Part shown: piece after piece, positions 23,530-36,945 of the stretch
Position numbering within the stretch: the first letter of the stretch is position 1
Layout: every line of letters begins with the position of its first letter
NCBI GenBank assembly: GCA_002269645.1
Contig: NIVC01000600.1
Span: forward strand, 1-64,000
DNA: 64,000 nt
Direction: 5' to 3'
Origin: Macrostomum lignano
Lineage: Eukaryota
Position numbers and translations under genes: made by a program
The notes under the pieces: model-generated
The model's database searches: none
What the model was told of the DNA's origin: nothing
Seen by the model: the letters and a program-made list of their open reading frames with translations, nothing else

Positions 23530-25901
23530 CTGCAGGCAGGCGGCGGGCTTTGGTAAATGAAAGGAAATCAAGCTAGCTAACGGAGAGCAAATCCCACCTC
23601 CGCAGAATCGGAGCTGCTTCAGGCCTTAATGAATCGTCAGCAGAGCTCGCATCGCATGTTCCGACTCGTAATTAGACAAAATCAACTGGAGACAACTAGT
23701 GAATGCTTCGAACAGAAGAAATTGGCTGCTGCAGACGAGCCGAAACAGAATGGAAGCATAGCCTTTTAGGACGCTTTCTGGCTAGCTTGTACTAGCTGGA
23801 ACATGGCTGACGCTGGCATTGATTACTCATATCTCAACATGGCTCACTATACTTCATACATTTAATGGAATGCATGCAAATGGTGCATGGAGTACAATTT
23901 TTGCGCACTGTATCTTATTTCTGATAGCGCACGTTCCGATTCGAACTCATTTCTCTGAACGAGGGTCCAACAAAGCGAGCCTGGTTCGTTCAGTGCGCAT
24001 CCAATTAGACATAAAATTGGTTTACGCTGTGCAGAAGCCCGCCCTTCATTTGCAATTTAGGGATCAGAAAAAGAAGCGATATCTTTGTACTCTGCGACGA
24101 TTCATGTCTCCTAGCGCACACTGACAGCCTGCGCTCTACAAATTAACTCTCAGATTTTAGGAAATCAAGGATATCAAATATCAGATTTAAAAATTATGCT
24201 AATGTCAAAAATTCGTCAGGAATAGCCCCTTGAAAGGACAATAAACCCCTCACGGAATATTTTCTCCAGTAGAGGGAAGCAAGCAGCAAATAGACATGGG
24301 AGTCAGTGCTGCTGCAGATTCGCTCAGCTGGATCATCTGGCCGAGGCACTCAAGGGTGAAATGCTCAGTAACTTCCGAACTCTTATTGTACCTGATTAAC
24401 TCTTTCGAAAGTTTTATTAATAATTCTGTGAGGCAACCAGGTTTTCCGGTCCATCTATTGTTGCAGGCTCGTATTTTTGCTCACGCAAATCATGCTGGTC
24501 CACTTGTCAGGCAAACTCAATTTTGATTGAGACTAAACACACCAGCTGGTTAATTAACATCTTACTCTCTGAAGCCTTGACATTGAGGTGGCCTTGTAGG
24601 CCTCACTGATTAGGCTGTAGGAGGTGGACTATTGTTTGTTCGACTCACAAAACAGAAATTTCAGTAAAAATGCGGCAAAGTAATCTGCAAAGCTTTTCAA
24701 GAGCGTCTGGAGCTGCACGGAGTCCAGTGCCCGCGATCGGCTCAAGTTGTTGAGCGGCCTGCCGCCGGGAGCCCCGTGAAACTTGATGACCGCAGGAGTA
24801 GAACGGCCGGCTGCGCTACCGGATCAAATTCGCCGTACTGCTCGCCACTCTGAATGCACACAGGGCGGTAGGTCGGAAAATTCACTGCTGAATTAAAATG
24901 CAAATGAGGCGACGCACTTTCGGATCGACAGAATTGCGCCAGTCTCTTGAGACTGCAGTTTGAGACGAAGGATAAACTCGCTTTTTTGTGTGCCGTCATT
25001 GCTGGAAAATCAAGCACGGAAGGACTGACTGCTCGGGGATCGTTTCAAGACACCGCGACCTCGGTCCTCAGGCTTTGTTGGGCTGTTGCGACTGCTTGAT
25101 CACGGGAGCTTATTTATTAGAAAAATCGCACAGGGAAGGAGAACTGCTCCGTTGAGTAGCTGAGACGAGAGAAGAAAGAAGATGGAGAGTTCACTTAACT
25201 CGCCCTAAGGCGGTTTCTCGCAACCGGAGTTAGAAAAGTCGAAGTTTACCAGCTTTTCCATTCCCCTCCCCCGACCAGTCTTCCCTTCTGCGGGAGGCAA
25301 GACCAGCTGAAAAAGGCTGTCGAGTCGGTTGTTCTAGAATCAAGTCGAAGGGTTTATATCCTTGAGCAAGCACTCTAATGCTCGAATCGAATGCTGCTAC
25401 AAGGACGCTGAAGGCGATTCGACGCTGCAGGCTGTCCAGTCGCTCCCCTCTGGGGACTATTAAATAATGCCTGCATCGAGTTCCAGACTCATCTGAGCCC
25501 CCTCTCTGCCTCCATCCTCGCCGCACTTCTGCTAGTTAGTTCAGTGACCGCTTGCATTTTAAAATACTGCGTAAGCTCCAACTGGTGACATGACAGGCAC
25601 GGCACGCATACATCGCGTATAAGATGAGCGCGACAACATTGATGAGCTTCTTCTGAATTGATTTCATCAAACCGTAGCTCATCCTCAAACTATCCTCATC
25701 GCGTAGCAGCTTAATATGGTGACGTCAGCATGTTCTGTAGCTCAGTTTGCAACTAATCGTACCGTGTCGAAAAAAGAAAATCCTAATACAAAAAAGCAAT
25801 TTTTATTGTAAAATATTGTGTCGAAGGCATATCTACAAGGAAATAGTTCGTGTAACTAGCAAGGAAAGGAGTAACATTTTTTTTATAAACTACATGTATG
25901 C

Positions 25902-26835
25902 TAGCAAACTTCGGCTAGCACATTTCGGCTAGCAAACTTCGGCTTGCAGATTTCGGCTAGCACATTTCGTCTAGCAAACTTCGGCTTGCAGATTTCGGCT
26001 AGCACATTTCGGCTAGCACATTTCGGCTAGCACATTTCGGCTAGCACATTTCGGCTAGCACATTTCGGCTAGCACATTTCGGCTAGCGGATTTCGGCTAG
26101 CAAACTTCGGCTAGCACATTTCGGCTAGCACATTTCGGCTAGCACATTTCGGCTAGCACATTTCGGCTAGCACATTTCGGCTAGCACATTTCGGCTAGCA
26201 AATTCGGCTAGCACATTTCGGCTAGCACATTTCGGCTAGCACATTTCGGCTAGCACATTTCGGCTAGCACATTTCGGCTAGCACATTTCGGCTAGCGGAT
26301 TTCGGCTAGCACATTTCGGCTAGCAAACTTCGGCTAGCACATTTCGGCTAGCACATTTCGGCTAGCACATTTCGGCTAGCACATTTCGGCTAGCACATTT
26401 CGGCTAGCGGATTTCGGCTAGCAAACTTCGGCTAGCACATTTCGGCTAGCACATTTCGGCTAGCACATTTCGGCTAGCACATTTCGGCTAGCACATTTCG
26501 GCTAGCACATTTCGGCTAGCACATTTCGGCTAGCACATTTCGGCTAGCAAACTTCGGCTAGCACATTTCGGCTAGCACATTTCGGCTAGCACATTTCGGC
26601 TAGCACATTTCGGCTAGCGGATTTCGGCTAGCAAACTTCGGCTAGCAAACTTCGGCTAGCACATTTCGGCTAGCACATTTCGGCTAGCACATTTCGGCTA
26701 GCGGATTTCGGCTAGCAAACTTCGGCTAGCAAACTTCGGCTAGCGGATTTCGGCTAGCAAACTTCGGCTAGCAGATTTTGGCAAGCAAATTTCTCGCTAG
26801 CAAACTTCGGCTAGCAGATTTCCTGCTAGCAAATC
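25902..26835. repeat. 14-bp minisatellite (GCTAGCACATTTCG), ~65 copies, possibly inside a TIR element
   Basis: Direct periodicity with a few variant units; flanked by short inverted AAGGAGTA (~25866) and TACTCCCTT (~26838), with no clear TSD. Confidence 0.93.
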
Positions 26836-29800
26836 TCGTACTCCCTTTGACTTTGTACAGTCGCTATTGTCAGTATCCTAGGGAAAATGATGTTTCAAAG
26901 CCTCCCTTTAAGCAAGCCATGTCATAAACATAACTCTCCCTTTGATGCTTGGCCTACCAACGACTCTCAATTGATCCTTGGCGTCTCACCAGTTCCTCTG
27001 TAGGTCTTAGCATTTACGCAATTCCCCCAAGAGCATCTCGATCATTCGTCTGTCACATTTTGTCTCCAATGTTTGTCAAGTTGAAATTTTTTCACTCAGC
27101 ATTTTTTGAAAACTAAGAAATTTTTACCCATAAACTGGCAGACTGCAGAGCTCAGAAATTCAGTTCAAGTATCCATCTAGAACTACCCTTCACAGAAGTA
27201 CTTCAGTGCTTTGGGCCTTGCACACCTGCTGGGGAACACGTGACAAACAATAAAATTTACTTGAATGGCAGGTCACAGGAAATTTTATTAGGAGTCTGAG
27301 AGAAGGTGTTAATCCCTACCAGTAGTTGTCAGCTGGCTCGATGCCGAAGTCTTAAAAGTACATTTTGCCTAGCCGACACAATCGATATTGGCAACTTCTG
27401 TTTTTCGGCAAAAATAGCGCAAGATTTTAGATGCAATATGGTCACATGATATTGTTATCCAGCCTATATTTGATTCAGTCCATAAAATTAGTAAACTATT
27501 TCCCCGCCAAAAATGTAGTTTATTATTTGCTTTGCTTCTTTTTCCATATTTTCACCTACCTGAGCCTTCTTCTTCAAACAGACACGCAAAGCCGACTGTG
27601 GTCATGCATGTGTTGAGTCTCCTTTGCCGAGCAAACGGCACTATAGGCCCGGTTCTGTTGCATTCACGGCGACATCCAGGCCTACAAGTCAAGACACGAG
27701 CGAAAGTAAAAATTCGGACGCGATTTGGGCCGCTTAATCCTTCCCTTTTACCCCGTCTGAGTCCCCAAAGCTGCTTCAACACGCAGGTTTCAGCCAAAGG
27801 AAAATTAATAAGTTTTTCCTGAGCTGTCAGCTTTCCCCATCGCGGCCAGAAAAATTGAAAAGACCCGTTGAACCGTTAAAAATTATTTTATTAAAATTGT
27901 CTGTCAGTTTGGCCTGCTAATGCTGAGTTAGATTGGAATTAGCCAAGCAGAGAGGACGAGCACACTAAACCTAGTCAGTTTCATGCTTCCCAAGCCTCAC
28001 GCGTACGGCCGTACTCAAGAAGGAAACTGTATATTTTGCGGATATTTCAAATAGAAGACAATTCAGCAATAAATGACATCATGATCTGCAGTCATAAAAG
28101 CAGGGCCACAGTTAATGTGCGTCTGAGGGCCTGGGTGCAAACGTCAGCCGAGGGCGTGGCCCTGTCATAGGGCGCCTGCAGCATCAGCAGCACCTCTTGC
28201 AGGGACCATATGGTGCAGAAAGGCCACCACCTTGACCTTGACCAAGGTGACCTACTCCATGAGCGGCTCCACGAAACGGTGGAGCCCTGAAAAAAAGAAA
28301 CAAAAGAGCAGCTATACTACAGCGGCTGTGATCGCTCCAAAATAATTGATAAAACCCTTTATGCCTCTGTACAAGAACATAAAAGTATGGTTAGATTACA
28401 TATGTACGTGTATTAATAGCATCAATGGTTTAATATCATTGTCACTATAACATATGCCTATAAATTGCAACAAAGAATGAGAGCTGCGTTTAGCAAATCA
28501 ATAATTCCGCGGATGCTTTTTCAATCTATTTGGGATCCATCTCGCGCGGCACACTTTATCCTGGCCATTCCAATCATGAAAGTTTGGTGTGCATGCGATT
28601 CTAGAAACAGTGCTTGTTAGGGCAAGCACTGACAAGCCCCAGGGCAAGAAAAAGCACACACCCAGCTAACCAAATTCATTGTTCTATGAACATTTTTAAA
28701 ATCAATTTTTTTAACTGTTTGTTAGAAAGTGAATTAGCCAAAACTACTTGTAGAACTTGTTGAGATGGAAGTAGCATTAGATAGTCAAAGTGCCTGCAAA
28801 CTCAATTAGAAAACTGCTTTTTCTATCAGAAGGCTCTCTGATCCTATGCATGCATATACTCATAAGTTTTTCTAAATCCTTACCAGCTATCCAGATCCTC
28901 TTGTTTGGCCTCTCATCTCCTAGTAACTGTCATACGATAATTCGATCAATATTTCTCTTGCATGCAGAAAATTTTCAAAAAGCGACCTTTTTGGAGATTA
29001 GGCGGCCTTTTTAGTTAAAGAGCATGCATTTTTCTACCGAAAACATATCCGTCAGAGCGTCTCTAGCTGAAATTCATTTTACAATATGCTTCTTAGAGGC
29101 GAACATGTTTAATTACTGTTGGAGACTAGTCCATTGTCCGTGGAGAACCATGCATTTACAGCAGAGACTGCATGTTCACACAAGCGTGACATCAAGTCGG
29201 CCTGTACAATCGGCCTGCATATGATGCTTAAATTAAATAGGGATTGGGATGCTATGTAGACAACCAGGCGCACTAGTTACTTTTTACTGTGCATGTAGGA
29301 GTAGGTTTAAGGATGTTTTTACGTGGATGGGATCAGCCGCGCTGCAACCCTAGCCCATGTTTTTTACATCACAAAAGCCGACGGCCATAACCAAGGAAGA
29401 ATTGAAGTTGCTCTTGTCGAAAAAATCAGGAACCTGGTGTTATTATACATGTCTAATGTATAATTAGAGTTTAATAAAGGGCCATGAGCCCAAAGGGCTG
29501 TGACACATCCAAACACAGAGTTTTGATTTTGAAACTATTTTTGTTGTGTTGGCTAGCTATTTCAACCCCGCTTGAATTGCATGACTCTGCAGCCTTTTCC
29601 GAGTCTCCTCTCCTTGGGTAGGAGTTACGATCGGGGTGACCTGGCCCATCATTAAAACTTTCCGGCCGATACTTGATGTTTTTCTATAAAAAAATTAATG
29701 CGACCAATTGATCGATGTACTGCGCATAATTTCCTCGTAAATACAGATTTCTCGTTTTAATTCCAGCATCCTGTCGGAAAGTGAAAATCACTCGAGAGAA

Positions 29801-31525
29801 AGAAATGGCGGGATAGGTCAGTTGGAGCTAGATATGTAGCCGGAAGTAAAGTTCCAGATTTAGCCAACTGGTCCGATCCTAGTGGTCCTTGGTTGCATGT
29901 CTATTGCAGTCCGTTTGCTCCGATCCTCCGGAGCCTTACTTCAGGCTCTATTCCGAAGTTGGCATCCTTTTTTCCAAATTAGAAATTTATTGCGTACCGA
30001 AAGGTACTTTGTGACTGAATGGCAAGCTGCCAGAAGATCTCGGCTTTTATTTCTATAAAACAAAGAATAAGATGGGTTAAATATTTATTCGACAGCAATA
30101 TATTTTTTAAAACCAATTGTGATTTATTTTAATTAATACTGTGGACAATTCTGAGCAATAGCTTCATAATATTGCATTTCTTTTTAAAGAAAGTCGCATG
30201 GCAAATTTTTTAAAAAATCTAACTGTATATTTAAAATAATTGTATAGTTAAAAAAACTCGGATTGATTGATTCATTGATTGATTGATTGTCAACCTTTTG
30301 ATGACTTGTCAGATTTTCAGTTAATCGTAAATGGTAGTAATACATCAATAATAGATTGTTCCCTTATCATCACTGTATCGTCAAACTAGTCAGTTGAGAT
30401 AAAGTTTGAGACTCGAGACTGAAAAAAGGCTAAGCCCAAGTGGACTTCTTCAAGTTTAGGTCGATGAAATTATCCCGATTTTCCCTTTTTCTGAAACTAT
30501 TGCCAGACACTTAAATCGGAAATGAGCATTATCCAAAACCATATGCAAACAAAATTATGATCCTATCAAGATTCAAAACTGTAACTAATTTATCAATATC
30601 AACCTAAAATTGAGAAGAAGTCTAACCAAATATAGCTATAGGCCTGATATTAGATCAGAACATATTTGAACTGATTGTCTTGGTGCAGCCATTCTAGTTT
30701 GCTTTATATTGTATATTAGCATTATGTAATAGCCAAAGCCAGTCTTTCTTTAAGAACTATTCCCTAATTCTTTAATGTATGTTATGACTCCGTTGAATTA
30801 GTTATATTTGTATTCTTTGTTCTTTATCAATTAGCTAAAATCAAAATTTAAAATCACACTTTGAATATATTTTTGACCCTTAGTGTCTTTTATAATTATA
30901 TGATAGCAACAAATTAAAAGTGAAAAATTATGATTATCATAGGGCTGGCTGACCTAAATTTAAATCTCACTAGGGCCTATTGCTACTAAGTTGTCAGTGT
31001 TCTTTTCATTTTATCTCTGTTAAATGCTTTTTAAAATTGTAGTAAGGGCTACATTCTAGATCATATAGTATAGGCTATGCCCAAAAATTTGGGCGTGCAT
31101 TGGCTATACATGCCAAAAGTAGGTGTACACAGTTGGTCACTCCTAAGAAAAAAGTGTGCGTGTACACCTGGCATGCACTTTATAGAATCACATGGAAGAG
31201 TTATTGTAAAGTAAAAAAAGATAAAAAAAGTTCATTCTTAAGTGTAAATTTCAAGCTTTCTGGGTTTTTTAAGCTCGTAATAAAGCATTTAAACAAATCT
31301 TTGTGTGCATTAATTTTCTACTATACAAAGTACAGCTGAAAAAGCAGAAAAAATAACCAAAATACTTGCCAAAAAGGTTCATTATGCAATTCAAAAAGGT
31401 CATTTATTGACATAATACCGGCATAGTTTTGAGAATGGGCATGCACACTATTTTTTTGCATGCATTTGTGACTATTTAATTTTTTTGGGTGTGTACCCAG
31501 CATGATCTAGACTATAAAGTAGGGA

Positions 31526-31822
31526 CATACATGCGCAACAGTCGGCCGAGTCGGCCGATCCGGCCGACTGATTTGGCAGCCAACCAAGGAAGTCGCAAAA
31601 ATGCCCACCCAAAAAATACCCACGCAGTAGTACTAAGTAGCTGACGAGGCATTTTTGCCTGATAAGACAGTCATAGTTACTCCCGCCGTTTACCCAAAGT
31701 TGCGTTAATTTTGCTTTAGGGTTTTTTTACATGTAAGTCGCATTTTTGGCCAAAAACTACGTCGCATTTTTGTTAAAACTAAGTCGCACGGCCGACCGAA
31801 TTTTGGACGTTGCGCATGTATG
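31526..31822 (+). mobile_element. 297-bp hAT-type MITE, copy 1
   Basis: TIR CATACATGCGCAAC...GTTGCGCATGTATG; perfect 8-bp TSD AGTAGGGA at 31518-31525 and 31823-31830. Confidence 0.92.
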
Positions 31823-32194
31823 AGTAGGGATGACTTACTTTAAATCTCAATCACTATTACAAACTTATAATAAGGCTGTTTATTCTAAGCTTTATCTACT
31901 GCTATCATCAAAGTTGTCATAGGAGTCTTCTTTCCTTTATTTATTTATCTTGGCTAAGGGCTATTGCCTCTAACGTATTCAAGATATCCTATTGTTTATC
32001 TTATAGGGCTTATTTATTTAGGTAAAATTAGGCTCAAACCCATTAATACATAGACTACCTCCTGTGCAATGCTGTTATGCCTAATATTGCCAATGGGACA
32101 GGTGTTATCTACTTTTAAGATCATACATGTGCAACTCCCTTGGTTTATACTGGCCATGCAACTTACTTTTTGACCAGAATATGACTTATTTGTA

Positions 32195-32335
32195 AAAGAA
32201 ACCCTAAAGTAAAAATTAACCTAATTTTGGGAAAAGCAACTATAACTGTCTTATTAAGGCTAAATGCTTTGTCATCTAGTTAGTACTATATCTATATTAT
32301 TTTGGGTAGGCATTTTTGCAACTTACCCTTGGTCT
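32195..32335 (-). mobile_element. Truncated, more diverged copy of the same MITE family
   Basis: AAAGAAACCCTAAAG...GGCATTTTTGCAACTTACC aligns with the interior of the copy at 32513-32810. Confidence 0.65.
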
Positions 32336-32512
32336 ACTACAATTTAAGTTAAAAAGCAACATTAAAAAAATATAAGGTAGGCCATAATTTTATATATGTC
32401 AGGCCTGGTAGAATCACCTTAGAAATAACAGATTTCATTAGATAAGCTTGGATATAACAAATAAAGAATTTAGCAAGTAGAGTAGAATAGAAAAGTAGAA
32501 GAAATTGTCAGA

Positions 32513-32810
32513 CATACATGTGTTACCTCCAAAATTCGGTCGGCCCTTTGACTTAGTTTTAACAAAAATGTGACATTGTTTTTGGCCAAAAATGCGACTT
32601 ACATGTGAAAGAAACCTTAAAGCAAAATTAACACAACTTTGGGTAAACGGCAGGAGTAAATATAATTGTCTTACTAAGGCAAAGTGCCTCGTTATCTACT
32701 TAGTACTACTTGGGTATTTATTCGGGTGGGCATTTTTGCAACTTACCTTGGTTGGCCGCCAAAATCGGTCGGCCGGATTGGCCAACTTGGCCAGCTGTTG
32801 TGCATGTATG
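32513..32810 (-). mobile_element. 298-bp hAT-type MITE, copy 2 (inverted relative to copy 1)
   Basis: CATACATG...CATGTATG ends; the interior is the reverse complement of copy 1; perfect 8-bp TSD TTGTCAGA at 32505-32512 and 32811-32818. Confidence 0.92.
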
Positions 32811-33689
32811 TTGTCAGAGCATTCTTAGAGATTTGAAAGCATCTAATATTGCTTTATGAGACACAATTGTTCTCAACTTATATATTATGCTTTTGCATTT
32901 GTCTATATTGATTTATTTCATTAAAATCAAAGAGGTAGTGCTGATTGCTTTTTAAATGTATTCCGCAAACATTTTTGTCTAATTTTTTTAATAGAATCTT
33001 TTGTGCTTATGTTTGTCATGTGTACCCCTTACTATTTTTTGTGTGTGATTGATTGGTTTTGCAATTTGTAATTGCCTACTGCCTTGAGCATGGGGTCACC
33101 TGGCTGAATCAGCTGGGTCAGCCATCTGTCATGTATCTATATAGACAATAGCAGGCCTCTCACATCTGACTAACCTTAGCCCCAAGTAGTACTTTCTTAG
33201 TTCCCAATAAGTTGAGTCCCATTCAGATTCTAATAACTCATTCTCATGTGCAGACCTCTCACAGAGGGAATTCTTAGGGTGTGTATGTACTAAATATTCT
33301 TTTGATATTCGTTTCTTAAAAGTTTGCAAAGAACAACTTTATTTATTGTTTAGTACTCGGGCGCTTTACTATACCTTGGGGGGGTTGGCCCTGAAGGGCG
33401 TAAACTTCACGAGCAGAGCCAAGCCAAGATTCCGATTTACCCCCTAATTTATGACTGCACTTGGAATCGAGCCTGTGCTGTTGGCGCATAAGAGTGCCGT
33501 GCTGGACCTCCCTACAGCCTCCCATCGAATAGTAGTGACAAGATGTTCTCAGATATTCAAGTCAAAAGTTGTTTTATAAAAATGAAAAGTACAAACAGTT
33601 CCTAGTTTTGTTGGAATAACTAGACCGTGTAGTCTATGCCATGCATCATTTTATTGCATGCGATTCTGCATGCAGCAGAGGCGGCCGCA

Positions 33690-33768
33690 ATGGACAGGAC
33701 AGTCATTGTATTGCGCAATCCGGATGATCCAGGCTATGGCATCTCGATCAGCTTTGCCACAGACCAGT
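33690..33768 (+). CDS. PDZ-PH-RhoGAP (ARHGAP21/23-like) exon: PDZ start MDRTVIVLRNPDDPGYGISISFATDQ
   Basis: PDZ beta-A/beta-B pattern (R..V.L.R....GYGISI); CAG acceptor ~14 nt upstream of the ATG; GTAAGC donor at 33769, phase 1. Confidence 0.8.
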
Positions 33769-34026
33769 GTAAGCTGATATCGCTGCAAAGTTTTTGCTTT
33801 CATGCGAATTTACTAAATCTGTTTCAAGTTGTGCCTTCTGCGAACACAGTACTTGGGGTCCGGAAGGCGATAAGAATTTTGCAGACAATAAATAATTTAT
33901 TAGTAAATCTGCGCAGTTCTGCCGATATGCCGACAAAATCCACACTGTTTTGTTCAGCAGAATATTCGGTAACACTTGCTTATTTTTAGGGGACGCTGAT
34001 TGCGCATTTGCATCAGATAGTGTATT

Positions 34027-34460
34027 GTGTCTGGCTTATTTCACATACTAAATAGGGAATGTTCGCAGAATGTCTGCTGATTGAGTGTCTGGCTTATTTT
34101 ACATGCTAAATAGGGAATGTTCGCAGAATGTCTGCTGATTGAGTGTCTGGCTTATTTTACATGCTAAATAGGGAATGTTCGCAGAATGTGTGCTGATTGA
34201 GTGTCTGGCTTGTTTTACATGCTAAATAGGGAATGTTCGCAGAATGTGTGCTGATTGAGTGTCTGGCTTGTTTTACATGCTAAATAGGGAATGTTCGCAG
34301 AATGTGTGCTGATTGAGTGTCTGGCTTATTTTACATGCTAAATAGGGAATGTTCGCAGAATGTCTGCTGATTGAGTGTCTGGCTTATTTTACATACTAAA
34401 TAGGGAATGTTCGCAGAATGTGTGGGGCTGATTGAGTGTCTGGCTTATTTTTTACATACT
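34027..34460. repeat. 58-bp intronic minisatellite, ~7 copies
   Basis: Unit GAGTGTCTGGCTTATTTTACATGCTAAATAGGGAATGTTCGCAGAATGTCTGCTGATT. Confidence 0.93.
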
Positions 34461-34646
34461 AAAATGTGTGTGGGTATTTTTGTGTTTAATGTCTATGCTT
34501 GTAGAGTTTTTACACTCCATCTGGTCGCTATAAGTAGTATCAAAGGCATTTTCTGCTGTCGGATTTCTACTGTAAAAGTCTCAATAGTGCAGAACTTTGC
34601 ATTCAAATCCAAACCCTCGGTCTCTCTTCCCGACTGTCCCGGACAG

Positions 34647-34797
34647 CTCGCAACGCGGTCGTCCCTGTCACCGAGGTCGCTCCTGGAGGTCCGTCCGCCC
34701 GCGCCGGGCTCCGCCGCGGTGACCGAATCTCCGCCATCAACGGCACCCCGCTGAGCCGCTTCAGCGAGGAGGCGCTGCGCAATCTGCTGGAGAATCG
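34647..34797 (+). CDS. PDZ-PH-RhoGAP exon: PDZ core S|RNAVVPVTEVAPGGPSARAGLRRGDRISAINGTPLSRFSEEALRNLLEN
   Basis: Canonical PDZ motif V..V.PGGPA..AGL..GD.I.AING; CAG acceptor and GTGAGC donor; phase 1 to 2. This frame is not listed in the ORF track. Confidence 0.9.
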
Positions 34798-36094
34798 GTG
34801 AGCTCTTAATGCGTGCAATGCAACTAACAATATGACTTCTTAGTTAAGTTGAGTTGGCCGAGGTTAGTACGCAACCAGCTAGGCTTCTTTGCCATCATCC
34901 TTTGAAGCAGTCACTGGGAGAGTTGCGACCATCCCACAGTCTCAGGAGCTTAATAATTATGCTAATCTTAATAATTTTGGCTTCCATGTCTATGTAATGG
35001 CTATTGGCTCAGAAAATATGCAGCTTTTCTGTATGAGATTCTTGCAAAATGAAATTCTATTCTTAGAAAATGTAATTCGATTCCAGGAAAATCGGATTCA
35101 ATTCCTGGAAAATGAGAATCAGTTCATGAAAAATGGGGTTTATTTTCTCTAAAATTGGATTCAATTCCTGAAAAGTCTAATTCAATTCCTGGAAAGTAGG
35201 ATTTGATTCCTGGAAAGTCGAATTTAATTCCTTGAAAGTCTAATTCAATTCCTGGAAAGTAGGATTTGATTCCTGGAAAATCGGATTCAATTCCAAGAAA
35301 ACTGGAGTTCGAATCTTGGAAAATAAATATTCGATATTTGTGAAGTAGAATCACATTCTAGGTTGCTGGGATTCGATTCGCAAAAAAAAACGTTTTATGC
35401 GATTGTTTTGTAGAAAGAATTAAGATTGTTAGGAAATTCTTAAACAAATGCTTTTGCTATTCTTAGAGAACGGGGGCTGTACAAGAAATGCATTTTTTGC
35501 TCAATTGCCTGAGCAGTCATCGGGTTCCAACGGATAGAATTCGGCTCTGCAGAAACTTGGCAGACTCAGAGAGATACAGAGAAATCTCATTAACAGAGCG
35601 TTATATTTGCACTTTAAACTGGCTGGCAGCCACATAAAAAAGTGAAAGTTGACTCCAAGTATCTTATATTGCCGCGATAACTTCATCAATTAACTCTGGC
35701 TGGATTCCAGCCAGCGCCACAGTTAAATGTCTGTATTGGGACTGAGAGACTTGGCTTTTACTATTTATCTGTATGGTACCATAAAACTATATTATTTACT
35801 AGTACGAAAATTGCACTTGCTGTGCCGCACCTCGGCCATCTGCTCCCCTCTGGGCGCTGGAACAAGTGGCCGGTAGGCCGATTTGGCCAAGTAATATCGG
35901 GGCAGTTGGGGCTTCGAATTCCCTCTGCATTCAAGCCACCATCAGACCCCCTGCAGTGGTGCTGTGTCCCGCGGTATACTATGCGAGCAAAATAATTACG
36001 ATAAAAATGGAATTATGAAGTAAATTTAAAAGTAGTTATGGAACCAATTGGAATTCTTAGCTCCGCTATTTGCAACTTCGACTCTCTCGTGTCT

Positions 36095-36945
36095 CCACCA
36101 CTGGTCTCCCTTCTCTCCCTGTCGTGTCTCTCTCACTCCACTGGTCTCCCTTCTCTCCCTGTCGTGTCTCTCTAACTCCACTGGTCTCCCTTCTCTCCCT
36201 GTCGTGTCTCTCTCACTCCACTGGTCTCCCTTCTCTCCCTGTCGTGTCTCTCTCACTCCACTGGTCTCCCTTCCCTGTCGTGTCTCTCTCACTCCACTGG
36301 TCTCCCTTCTCTCCCTGTCGTGTCTCTCTAACTCCACTGGTCTCCCTTCTCTCCCTGTCGTGTCTCTCTCACTCCACTGGTCTCCCTTCTCTCCCTGTCG
36401 TGTCTCTCTCACTCCACTGGTCTCCCTTCTCTCCCTGTCGTGTCTCTCTAACTCCACTGGTCTCCCTTCTCTCCCTGTCGTGTCTCTCTCACTCCACTGG
36501 TCTCCCTTCTCTCCCTGTCGTGTCTCTCTCACTCCACTGGTCTCCCTCCTGTCTCTCTCTCACTCCACTGGTCTCCCTTCTCTCCCTGTCGTGTCTCTCT
36601 CACTCCACTGGTCTCCCTTCTCTCCCTGTCGTGTCTCTCTCACTCCACTGGTCTCCCTCCTGTCTCTCTCTCACTCCACTGGTCTCCCTTCTCTCCCTGT
36701 CGTGTCTCTCTCACTCCACTGGTCTCCCTTCTCTCACTCTCCTGTCTCTCCCTCACTCCACTGGTCTCCCTTCTCTCACTCTCCTGTCTCTCCCTCACTC
36801 CACTGGTCTCCCTTCTCTCACTCTCCTGTCTCTCCCTCACTCCACTGGTCTCCCTTCTCTCACTCTCCTGTCTCTCCCTCACTCCACTGGTCTCCCTTCT
36901 CTCACTCTCCTGTCTCTCCCTCACTCAACTGGTCTCCATTCTCTC
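36095..36945. repeat. ~40-bp pyrimidine-rich intronic minisatellite (CCACTGGTCTCCCTTCTCTCCCTGTCGTGTCTCTCTCACT) changing to a variant unit at its 3' end
   Basis: Direct periodicity; explains ORFs 36026-37070. Confidence 0.93.

Noticed and set aside
25230-25526. GYKPFDLILEQPTRQPF, resembling the LTR integrase GYSPFxLxFGRxxRxP motif
   Set aside because: One short motif with no DDE core, LTRs or other pol domains nearby.
33129-33329. EWDSTYWELRKY, resembling the hAT transposase RWNSTYxML motif next to hAT MITEs
   Set aside because: The key Arg is missing and no other hAT block is seen.
33648-33660. TTTATTGCATG, resembling the 3' end of a flatworm spliced-leader exon as I recall it
   Set aside because: Only ~11 nt match, with no following GT donor or Sm site; chance is likely.
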